Positions 51,191-61,352 of a stretch of 64,000 bases of DNA are shown piece by piece. The translations under genes were made by a program, and so were the position numbers. Source of the stretch: an uncultured delta proteobacterium (GTDB lineage: Bacteria > Myxococcota_A > Polyangia > Polyangiales > Polyangiaceae); NCBI GenBank assembly GCA_963716725.1, contig CAVQUB010000005.1, forward strand, positions 224,001-288,000, in the 5' to 3' direction. The notes beneath the pieces were generated by a model. The model saw only the letters and a list, made by a program, of their open reading frames with translations, had not been told where the DNA came from and ran no database searches. How positions within the stretch are numbered: position 1 is the first letter of the stretch; every line of letters begins with the position of its first letter.

Positions 51191-53368
51191 TCACTTCGGA
51201 CCGGAGCGATCACCTTCGGCGCCTTCTGCCGCGCGCGGAAACACCGGCGAGCGCACCAACTGGTTGAGCAGCCGGAGCGTCGATTGCGGTCGGTCCTGAG
51301 AGAGGTCTTTCCAGTCCGGGTCCGAGGCGCTCAGGTCGTACAGCTCGGGGACTCCGCTCTCGAGCTGCACGATCAGCTTCTCGCCGCCAGCGGGCTCGAT
51401 CACTCCGATCCGCTGCGTGGCCTCGCGACTGCCGCCTAGCAACAGGATCGGTCGTCGGCGCTTCGCCGCTCCGGGCAGCAGGCGCAGCAGGAGATCTTCT
51501 CCCTGGTAGTCGCCCATGGTCGCCCGCGGGTCGAACCAGCGGGCCAGCGTCGGTGCCAGATCCACGAGCGAGACCGGCGTGTCGACCACAGCCGGCGGGC
51601 GTCCGGGCACGCGCAGCGCGAGGGGAACCCGGAGCAGGACGTCCCAGAGGAAGATCGAGTGCACCCAGAAACCATCCCGGCCGACGCCTTCGCCATGATC
51701 GGAGAGAAACACGACGATGGTCTCGTCGCGGAGCCCGAGCTGGTCGAGCCCGCGCAAGAACCGGCCAAATTGCACGTCGATGCCGCGTGCGACGACGGCA
51801 TAGCGCTTCATGCCGTCTCCCTCGGGCATGCTGAAGGTGCGCGCGGTCAGCGCGACGTGTCGGTCGTTCAGCTCGCGCCAGTTGTGTTGGTCGAAGTGGA
51901 AGCTCCAGAGCACGAACGGACGTTCCTGATTCTGCTTCATCCAGTCGAGCGAGCGATCCACCACGTGCTCGGCGGCGGGGTCGTCGGCGCCATAGCCCCA
52001 GACGTCGGTGCGAACGGGCGCGTAGTCGTCCACGATCACCTTTTCGTCGAAGCCGAAATCGGGCGACTCTTTATCGAGAAACTCGTTGGCGGACTGCGGA
52101 ATCACCAGCGCTCGCCGCCAGCCGCCGTCGCGCGCGACCTCCAGGAAGTCGCGCTCTCGACCCGTTCCGGCGACGTAGGTGCCCCGGGTGATCGCCGGGA
52201 GCGAACGCAAGGTGTCCGAGCCGGCGGCATAGGCTCTGGAGAAGTGGATGCTTTCGCGGAAGAAAGCGCTGACGTTGGGCATGACGTCCGGATCGGAGGC
52301 CACGTCGTAGCGCAGGGTATCCACGTAGAAGATCGCCACGTTGAAGCGCTTGCCGCCGCCGCGCATCTTCGCCAGGGCCGCGCGTTGGTCCGGGGTCTCT
52401 TCTGGCGGCCTGCTCCACAGGGGATCCAAGGTCGAGTTTTCGACGTCGTACTGGGCTTTCAAGCGCTCGACCCCGGACGCCGCCGTGCCCTGCCAGCGCT
52501 GGGGGTCATCCAGATACGCGCGGAGCGCGTGCACTCGCGAGACCATGCGCCCTGCGTAGACGGGTTCGACCCAGACGCCGCGCAGGGACCGTTCCACCCA
52601 GGCTCGCGGGCGGGGGATCAGCCAGGCGACGAGCACCCACGCCAGCGAGCAAGCGCCCAGCACCCGCACCCACCACGCCGGCCTCGCCGCGGGCATCAAC
52701 ACCCAGATCGCGGCCAGCACACACAGGCTTGCCATCGCCTCGAGCAATGAGTGCAAGCGCGCGTAGAGCGAGACGTAGAGCGTGAGGTCCACCGCGACGA
52801 AGCTGGCGGCGACGCCGAGCAAGGACAGCGTGACGAGCATCGGGACCACTCGCTCTCCGCGCACGAACCGGTTTCGCCCGACGTGGACCGCGAGCGCCAG
52901 CAGAGCGGCGCCCGTGCCGAGGCCGGCGAGGATCAGCCAAGGACCGAAACGAGCGATCCCGCTGGTGCGGACCCGCGCTCCGCCGAACACCCAGAACGCG
53001 ATGGACCAACTCAGCGCGGCGGCGATCAACGCGGCCAGCGCGGCGCGCAAGCCGAGAGCGAGGCGGGGCCGCCGCTCGGCGACGAGTCGGTGCAGCGCGC
53101 CTTCAGCGAGGAGCCCCAGGTGCAGAATGCAGCCGAGCAGGGAGGCCACCGCGACGAAGAGGACGACCGTGGCGGCGCCCTGGGGCAGGTCCGGGGTCCG
53201 ATGGCCCAACGAGCGGCGCCCGAGGTCGATGGCCGAAAAGGCCAGGCCCACCAGGACGGCGGCGCTCACGCTTCGGAGCAGCGAGTCCAGCGAGCGGACG
53301 ATCAGCGTTCGCCGCTCGACCTCGGAAGCCGAACGGCGCTCTGGGCGCGCGCCTTCGAGAGCGCGCAT
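51191..53368 (-). CDS. Multi-TM sulfatase-like hydrolase/transferase (LtaS-like architecture)
   Basis: About 7 N-terminal TMs, NVAIFYVDTLRYD, GSDTLRS, HFDQH, SDHGEG, LLRVPL. Confidence 0.8.
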   Translation of the reverse strand: MRALEGARPERRSASEVERRTLIVRSLDSLLRSVSAAVLVGLAFSAIDLGRRSLGHRTPDLPQGAATVVLFVAVASLLGCILHLGLLAEGALHRLVAERRPRLALGLRAALAALIAAALSWSIAFWVFGGARVRTSGIARFGPWLILAGLGTGAALLALAVHVGRNRFVRGERVVPMLVTLSLLGVAASFVAVDLTLYVSLYARLHSLLEAMASLCVLAAIWVLMPAARPAWWVRVLGACSLAWVLVAWLIPRPRAWVERSLRGVWVEPVYAGRMVSRVHALRAYLDDPQRWQGTAASGVERLKAQYDVENSTLDPLWSRPPEETPDQRAALAKMRGGGKRFNVAIFYVDTLRYDVASDPDVMPNVSAFFRESIHFSRAYAAGSDTLRSLPAITRGTYVAGTGRERDFLEVARDGGWRRALVIPQSANEFLDKESPDFGFDEKVIVDDYAPVRTDVWGYGADDPAAEHVVDRSLDWMKQNQERPFVLWSFHFDQHNWRELNDRHVALTARTFSMPEGDGMKRYAVVARGIDVQFGRFLRGLDQLGLRDETIVVFLSDHGEGVGRDGFWVHSIFLWDVLLRVPLALRVPGRPPAVVDTPVSLVDLAPTLARWFDPRATMGDYQGEDLLLRLLPGAAKRRRPILLLGGSREATQRIGVIEPAGGEKLIVQLESGVPELYDLSASDPDWKDLSQDRPQSTLRLLNQLVRSPVFPRAAEGAEGDRSGPK

Positions 53369-53444
53369 GACGTTCACTTCGACGTCGCGCACTGAGCGGG
53401 CAGGATAGCGAAGATACGCCGGGGCGGTAGGCAATCGTGCCGCA

Positions 53445-54746
53445 TCAGGCGGCGGGCGCTTCGGTCGAAGCCGTCTTCCCATCTTCGGGGGCGGCCAAGC
53501 GTCGCGCCAGGACCTTGATGGTCAGGCCTTGGACCAAGATGGACGACACGACGACCCCGTAGGTGATGGCCAGGATCGCGTCCCGATGGGGTCCGTGGGG
53601 CAAACTGAGGGCGAGCGCGATGGAAATGCCGCCGCGCAAGCCCCCCCAGGTCAGCAGCCGCACCGTGCCCCTGGGGATCTGCCACCTCGAGCGAAATGCG
53701 AGCAGCGGGAGCCCGACGGTCACGTAGCGAGCGGCGAGGACCAGCAGTGCAGCGAAGGCGGAGGCAACGAGCACCTGCTGATTCAGCTTGATCAAGATCA
53801 CTTCGAGCCCGATCAGCACGAACAGGACTGCGTTGAGCATCTCGTCGATCAGCTCCCAGAACTTGTCGAGGTTCTCGCGAGTGCGGTCGCTCATCGCGAA
53901 GCTGCGCCCGTGATTGCCGATCAAGAGCCCGGCCACGACCACCGCGATGGGTCCCGAGACGTGTAGGCGGCGCGCCAGCGCTTGGCTGCTCACGACCAGC
54001 GCCAACGTGAGCAGGATCTCCGCCTGATAGTCGTCCACGCGTCGGATCATCAGGTAGGTCACCCAGCCCAAGAGCAGCCCCAGCACGGCGCCCCCCAGGA
54101 CCTCTCGCACGAACATGATGGCGATCCCCACCGGTTCGGCGCTGCCGGCCCCGGTCGCAAGCCGGACCAACACCACGAACACCACGACTGCCACGCCGTC
54201 GTTGAACAGAGACTCCCCGGCGATCTGCGTTGAAAGCCGCTTGGGAACCTTCGCGGTCTTCAAAATGGCGAGCACCGCAATCGGATCGGTGGGCGAGATC
54301 AAGGCACCGAAGAGCAGACACACGAAGAACGGGATGCCGAGCCCCATCCAACCAAAGAGCAGCCACCCACCCGCGCCGACCAAGAATGTGGAGCCGACGA
54401 CGCCCACCGTGGCCAGGATGCCGATGATGCCTTTGTTCTTGGACAGATCCCCGAGATCGATGTGCAACGAGCCCGCGAAGAGCAGGAAACACAACATGCC
54501 GTGCAGCAGGGTTTCGCTGAAATTGACCCGCTCGAGAAAGGCTCGCACCGTGGGGCTGAGCCCGATTCCGAAATGATCGACCACCAGCAGGGTTCCCGAA
54601 AACACCAGCGCGACCAGCATCAAGCCGATGGTCGTGGGCAAGCGCAGCCAGCGTGTGTTCAGGTAGCTGAACACGGCGGCCAAGGTGACCAGGATGGCGA
54701 TGACGTCGAAGGCAATCACGGGAGCGCTGGACCCTAACATCTCCAC
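53445..54746 (-). CDS. nhaP: CPA1/NhaP-type Na+/H+ antiporter
   Basis: LFGALISPTDPIAVL, AGESLFNDG, TWGGLRGGIS.ALAL, SILVQGLT. Confidence 0.9.
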   Translation of the reverse strand: MEMLGSSAPVIAFDVIAILVTLAAVFSYLNTRWLRLPTTIGLMLVALVFSGTLLVVDHFGIGLSPTVRAFLERVNFSETLLHGMLCFLLFAGSLHIDLGDLSKNKGIIGILATVGVVGSTFLVGAGGWLLFGWMGLGIPFFVCLLFGALISPTDPIAVLAILKTAKVPKRLSTQIAGESLFNDGVAVVVFVVLVRLATGAGSAEPVGIAIMFVREVLGGAVLGLLLGWVTYLMIRRVDDYQAEILLTLALVVSSQALARRLHVSGPIAVVVAGLLIGNHGRSFAMSDRTRENLDKFWELIDEMLNAVLFVLIGLEVILIKLNQQVLVASAFAALLVLAARYVTVGLPLLAFRSRWQIPRGTVRLLTWGGLRGGISIALALSLPHGPHRDAILAITYGVVVSSILVQGLTIKVLARRLAAPEDGKTASTEAPAA

Positions 54747-54818
54747 CCAGGCGGACGAATTGGGGCGTCGGCCTGGGAACTCACCGCGCCTCGGCGAATC
54801 GATCCTATCGAAGGGGCT

Positions 54819-56579
54819 CTAGCCGCGAGCTGCCACGAATCCGAGCACGGCTTCGCGCTCGGAACGGCTCAGGTCAAACAGGTCGAACACTCGCTCGTCG
54901 AGCTCCAAGCGCGCCGAAGGCTCGACGCCGGACACGGTGATGCGGCGAGTCAGCTCCGCCAGAGCCGCGAAGGCACGCGGCTGCTGGGGTGGACGGGGCA
55001 GCGCCCGAAGGTGGCTGACCTTCACCTGAGGGAACGCGGCCTGACGCGCGTCGCGACGCAGAGCCAGGTGCAGGGCGCGGTAGAGCGAGCTGTTCAGGAG
55101 GGCAACTGCGAGCTCGGGGGTGATCTCGTCGTGGTCGAAGCCCGCGAGCAGAGTATTTCGAAACGGCAGCCCCGAGTAGAGCGCGGCGATGGGATACTTG
55201 GCGGTCTGCCGCACCACGAAGCGGGCACGGTGGAAGTGCTCCGGGGGTCGCAGGCGACACCCGGCGCGAGCCAGCGCGTCTCGATCCGGGTCCAGGAATA
55301 GCGCCGGCGCCCCGACGCGGAACTCGCCGACGCGCTTGCCTTCGAGCAAGGGCAGCGTGTGCCTCTCATCGGGCTCGTCCGCGCGAAGAAAGAGCGTCTT
55401 GGCGACGTTGCCCGCGCTCTGAAAGCCGAGCTCTCCGAACAGCTCCCGCGGCAAGCTCGGCAGGCTGGCGACGCGCTTCAGCACCTCCGGAACCTCGATC
55501 TCGGTCGCCGCGCCCGCTTTGCGCTGGCGCTCCATCAACCGCAACGGTCGGCCGTCGGTCGCGCCGCTGCCGGGTCGAGCGATCAGCGCGAAACACGGCT
55601 GAGTCACGCCGTCGAAAGCGTCTTGACCCAGCTCGAGCAGCGGTTCGCAGGGCGCGTGCGTAGCGCCGAGCACGCGACGCACCGGGCGGTAGCCCTCGAG
55701 ATCGGCGAGCGGGCTCGGGACCAAGAGCGCGATCACGCCGCTCGGAGCCAGCTCCGTCGCGCGCTCGACGAAGAGCCCCTGCAAGGTCGGGTAGCCTCGA
55801 AACGATCGAAAGTCGCGCGCCAGCTGCCGCCGCACTTCGGGATCGATGCGCTGAGCTGCGCGGCCGGCGTAGGCGACCCAGGGAGGATTGCCGATCACGA
55901 GATCGAATCCGCGCTGATCGACGGCGAGCAGATCGCGTTCCCAGCCACGGACGAGGGCGTCCCCCGAGACCAAGCGCTGGCGCAGCGGCGTTGGATCGAA
56001 GTGTGGATCGGCACACCACAGCCAGAGCGCAGCCTCGGTCACGGCGACTGCGAGGGGGTCGAGATCCACGCCGTGGATGTGATCGAGGGCCGCACGCGGA
56101 TCGAGCTGCGCACGCTGGGCCAACTGGCGCGCGGCTTCCAGTAGGAAGACGCCGCCTCCCGACGCGGGATCACAGATTGAAGGCGAGGTGACGGATTCGT
56201 TCAGCGCGGCCTCGGTCACTCGCGCCGCGATCTCTACGGGCGTGAAGTAGCTGCCGGTGCGCTTGCGCCCGACCGTATCGAGCAATACTTCGTGCAGGTG
56301 TCCGAGCGAGACGACCGGGGCCCGGCCGAAGTGCTCAGCCAGAGCAGAGATTGCAGGGGTATCGAGCGCGGGCTCGTCGCCGGACATCAGCCTCGAGCGC
56401 CGGAACATCTCGCCGTCGAGCCCACGGGCCCTCGCGAGGGCAGAGGCCGCTGCACGCAGCACGGCGCGCGGCGCATCGGGCAGGCCCGAACGCTCGGCCA
56501 CGCACGCCGCGGAGAGCTTGCGCAGTTCTTTCAGCGGCAGGTCCGTCGACAACGGGATCAATCTATCGAAGGCTGGCAC
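54819..56579 (-). CDS. Solitary N6-adenine DNA methyltransferase (gamma class, TaqI/Eco57I-like)
   Basis: GSYFTP, motif I DPASGGGVF, GVDLDP, motif IV GNPPW, C-terminal TRD-like region (LLNSSL..., FPQVK...LP). Confidence 0.85.
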   Translation of the reverse strand: MPAFDRLIPLSTDLPLKELRKLSAACVAERSGLPDAPRAVLRAAASALARARGLDGEMFRRSRLMSGDEPALDTPAISALAEHFGRAPVVSLGHLHEVLLDTVGRKRTGSYFTPVEIAARVTEAALNESVTSPSICDPASGGGVFLLEAARQLAQRAQLDPRAALDHIHGVDLDPLAVAVTEAALWLWCADPHFDPTPLRQRLVSGDALVRGWERDLLAVDQRGFDLVIGNPPWVAYAGRAAQRIDPEVRRQLARDFRSFRGYPTLQGLFVERATELAPSGVIALLVPSPLADLEGYRPVRRVLGATHAPCEPLLELGQDAFDGVTQPCFALIARPGSGATDGRPLRLMERQRKAGAATEIEVPEVLKRVASLPSLPRELFGELGFQSAGNVAKTLFLRADEPDERHTLPLLEGKRVGEFRVGAPALFLDPDRDALARAGCRLRPPEHFHRARFVVRQTAKYPIAALYSGLPFRNTLLAGFDHDEITPELAVALLNSSLYRALHLALRRDARQAAFPQVKVSHLRALPRPPQQPRAFAALAELTRRITVSGVEPSARLELDERVFDLFDLSRSEREAVLGFVAARG

Positions 56580-56871
56580 GCATGGAAAGCGCCGGCGGGC
56601 GTTCTGGCGTCAGCGGACCGCAGCCAGCCTTTTCGTCGGCTTCATCGGGGCGAGCGTGCGAGCCCTCGCAGACATCACCTTGTCGGCGGGTTTGCTCCAG
56701 ATGGGCATGAGCGTCAGGGCAGGGGGCCAGGCGTTGCCGGTCGACTCATCGGGCGAGCGGACAGCGGGAACGTGCGCTCAGCTGGAAACATTGCGCCGTG
56801 CTTGCAAAGCAACTGGATCGCAGCGCCGAGATCGGCGGGCCGGGGCTGGACATTGCGCGTACGCTTGGCTC

Positions 56872-57918
56872 ATGCAGCGGGGCTTCTATCTGTGGGTGAT
56901 CGGGTTCGGGTTTGCGATGGCGTGCAGCGCGGCTGCCAACGACGAAGGTGGCGTTGCCGGCGGTGGCGGCGGCCCTGCAGTTGGAGGCGCGGGCGCGAGC
57001 GGCGGCGCGAGCAGTGGTGGGGGTGGTGGCATCAGTTTGGGCGGTGGAGGCGCGGCCGGCAGCTCGGGTGGTGGCGCGGGCGACGGCGCCGCATCCGGGG
57101 GCGCCGCAGGGCAAATCGGCTGTCAGAGTGACGGAGGCGGCGCGACCGGTCCCGGGGGCGCTGGTAGCGGTGGCCCCGAGGTGTGTGGCAACGGTCTGGA
57201 CGACAACGCCAACGGCTTCGTGGACGAAGGCTGCTCCTGCACCGCCGGCTCGACGCAACCCTGTTACGGCGGCCCGGCTTGGGCTGCCGCGAAGGGCAAG
57301 TGCGCGCAGGCGGTCCAGCAGTGCTCGACGACCGGCGAGTTCCCGCAGTGGGGACCGTGCACCGGCTGGGTACCGCCAACCATGGAAGTCTGCGAGGGCT
57401 CGGTGGACGAGGACTGCGACGGGCAGGTCGACGAGAGCTGTGGCTGCTGCAACGGCGATGTCCAGCCTTGCGGCGTGCAGGAAGGCGCGTGCGCGCCGGG
57501 CAGCCACACCTGCGCGAATGGCAAATGGGGCGACTGTCAGGGCGGAGTGATGCCGCAGACGGAGATCTGCGGCAACAAGATCGACGACGACTGCGACGGT
57601 CAGATCGACGAAGGCTGCACCATCGATCTTCCGGTGAACATCAACGGTGACTGCGTGACGGCGACCTGCCCGCCGCAGGCGCCCTACGCCGTCGGTTGTC
57701 AGATCACGATGGCGGGCAACGACGCACGCGGATGCGTGGCAAACAACGGCGGGCCGGTGGTGTATTTTCAAGAAGGTGACAAGTGCGGCGCGGGCAAAGT
57801 GACGGGCACCTTGCTCTGTTCGAGCCAGCCCGGCGCGCCGCTCAGCGCCTCCAACTGCGCGATCAACAAGTCGACCAAGTACTACCCGACATCGAAGGCC
57901 GGCTGCCCCGCGACCTGA
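56872..57918 (+). CDS. Cys-rich lipoprotein with ExCxxxDDDCDGxxDEG (putative metal-binding) repeats
   Basis: Lipobox AMAC, Gly linker, three such repeats. Confidence 0.8.
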   Translation: MQRGFYLWVIGFGFAMACSAAANDEGGVAGGGGGPAVGGAGASGGASSGGGGGISLGGGGAAGSSGGGAGDGAASGGAAGQIGCQSDGGGATGPGGAGSGGPEVCGNGLDDNANGFVDEGCSCTAGSTQPCYGGPAWAAAKGKCAQAVQQCSTTGEFPQWGPCTGWVPPTMEVCEGSVDEDCDGQVDESCGCCNGDVQPCGVQEGACAPGSHTCANGKWGDCQGGVMPQTEICGNKIDDDCDGQIDEGCTIDLPVNINGDCVTATCPPQAPYAVGCQITMAGNDARGCVANNGGPVVYFQEGDKCGAGKVTGTLLCSSQPGAPLSASNCAINKSTKYYPTSKAGCPAT

Positions 57919-57925
57919 ACCAGGC

Positions 57926-57948
57926 AACCGGGTTCGGGGACCCGGGTT
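57926..57948. terminator. Hairpin between convergent genes, possible bidirectional terminator
   Basis: CCGGGT...ACCCGG stem in the 30-nt gap. Confidence 0.35.
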
Positions 57949-58932
57949 TCAGCGGGCCGAAGCCAGGCGCTTTGCCAGCTTCATTGCGGCGAGCATGCCC
58001 GAAGCGTCGGCCTTGCGCTGCCAGGCGATGTCGTAGCCCGTGCCGTGATCGACGCTGGTGCGCGTGATGCCCAGGCCCATCGTCACGTTGACCGCGGTGC
58101 CAAAGCTCAGCAGCTTGAGCGGGATGGTCGCCTGGTCGTGGTACATCGCGACCACGCCGTCGAAGTCGCCCGCAAGGGCCTTGCGATAGGCTGTCTCGGC
58201 GCCCAGCGGACCGGACACCTGGGCTCGCTTGCCGAGTGAACGGGCGGCGATGCGGATCCCGGGCACGATCGCGGTGCGCTCTTCGCTGCCGAGCAGCTCG
58301 CCTTCGCCGGCGTGGGGGTTCAAAGATGCGACGGCGATGCGCGGCACTCGGCGTGACCGCGCGGAGAGCAACTCCGAGAGCGCGAGAATGGACCGTGCGA
58401 CTGAAACGCGTGTGACGGCGCGAGGCACGCGGAAGAGGGGCAGGTGAGTGGTCACCAGGCTGGTGACGAGCTTGGGCGACGCGAAGCACATCACCACGTG
58501 CTTGGCGCCGTCGAGCGCTGCGAGATGCTCGGTGTGCCCGATGAACCCTGCGGCGCCGGGGGCGCCCGAGCGGGCAATGGCCTGCTTGCTCACCGGGCCC
58601 GTCACCAGCGCGGTGCCGACGCCAGTGCGGACCAAGCCGTAGGCGACGTCGATGTAGGCGAGCTGAGCCGCGCCGCTGGTCCGAGTTGGACGCCCGGGGC
58701 GTCGGTTCGCGGCGCCCAGAGCGGGGCCCACGTGCAGCACGTGCACTTGACCCTTCCTGGCGCGCTCGGTGAAAGCCACGAGCCGGCTCGCGGCGACGCC
58801 GACTTTGCGTGCTGCCAGCACCAGCGTCTCGAGATCGCCTACCAGCACGCAGGGCTGACCCAGCCGCGCCGCTGCCGCCACCGAAACCTCGGGGCCCACG
58901 CCAGCGGGGCATCCCGTGCTCACTACGATCAT
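57949..58932 (-). CDS. pdxA: 4-hydroxythreonine-4-phosphate dehydrogenase PdxA
   Basis: G(C)PAGVGPE, TGPVSK, GHTEHL, TTHLPL, LNPHAGE, MYHDQ, RTSVDHGT.YDIA. Confidence 0.95.
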   Translation of the reverse strand: MIVVSTGCPAGVGPEVSVAAAARLGQPCVLVGDLETLVLAARKVGVAASRLVAFTERARKGQVHVLHVGPALGAANRRPGRPTRTSGAAQLAYIDVAYGLVRTGVGTALVTGPVSKQAIARSGAPGAAGFIGHTEHLAALDGAKHVVMCFASPKLVTSLVTTHLPLFRVPRAVTRVSVARSILALSELLSARSRRVPRIAVASLNPHAGEGELLGSEERTAIVPGIRIAARSLGKRAQVSGPLGAETAYRKALAGDFDGVVAMYHDQATIPLKLLSFGTAVNVTMGLGITRTSVDHGTGYDIAWQRKADASGMLAAMKLAKRLASAR

Positions 58933-59715
58933 TCGTTCTCTATCGCGTCGGGCGGGTGGGGAGTCGGCGGCGGCTCCGAAGCGCCGCTTCGCGCTTCGAT
59001 GCCCTCGGGGGCCCGCAGCTTGTAGCCCGATCCGCGCAGCGTATCGAGGGGCAGCGCTTCGCCGAGCTTGGCGCGCAGGCGGCGCACGTGGATGTCCACG
59101 GTGCGCGCCCCGCCCTCGTAGCGATTGCCCCACACGCGCGCCAGCAGGTGGTCCCGCGTCAGCACACGGCCGCGGCGCTCGCAGAGGTAGGCGAGCAGGG
59201 CGAACTCCTTGGCCGTGAGCGCGATGCAGCGCCCTCCCACGCTGACGCTGTGGGCGGCTTTGTCCACGATCAGCGAACCCACCTTCAGGCGTTCGTCGGT
59301 CGAGAACTCGCTCCGTCGCCATTCGATGGAGCGGATGCGTGCGTACAGCTCTTCCGGTACGTAGGGGTGGAGCACGAAGTCGTCGAACCCACTGGACGGT
59401 TCGACGCGTGCGAGCTGGCCCACGGTCAACGCGATCAGCGCTCCGACCCCGTCGAAGCAGCTCTCTTTGCGGACCGCCCGCAGCACCACGATCGCGAGAT
59501 CGGGCCGGTCGAGCGCCTCGAAAACTAGGGCGCGGGCCCGGATTTCTCGCTCGTCGTCGTCGTCGTGCACGAGGTTCAAGGGGTCATCCCACAGATCGAG
59601 CGTGCGGACCGTGGCGCCGAGTTGCCGCAGTGTGCCCGCGGCTCCGTCTTCGCGCTCGAGCAGCGGGCCATGGCCGATCACCCCCACATAGGCGCGGGAG
59701 CGCCCGCCGATTGGA

Positions 59716-59735
<20 letters not shown>
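58929..59735 (-). CDS. Atypical OmpR/GlnR-like response regulator (winged helix); start uncertain
   Basis: LTAKEF.LL, VLTRD.LL..VWG..Y.GG.RTVDIHVRRLRAKL, TLRG.GY; degenerate receiver (GFDDFVLHP). Confidence 0.85.
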
Positions 59736-61161
<1,426 letters not shown>

Positions 61162-61352
61162 CTGAGTGAGACGATGGCGCCGCTCGGTCCGAGCCGCAAC
61201 CGCGGGGAGAAAGCTCCTGTCGACCCGCCGACTTGGACCCCACCCACCCGAAATCCCAAGCCAATTTGACGCTGAGGGCAGCGATCGCGTAGCATTTAGC
61301 GCTCCCCCTCCCCTGCCCGAGCCACGCCCCAGGCTCCGGCGGAAGGCCCCCA

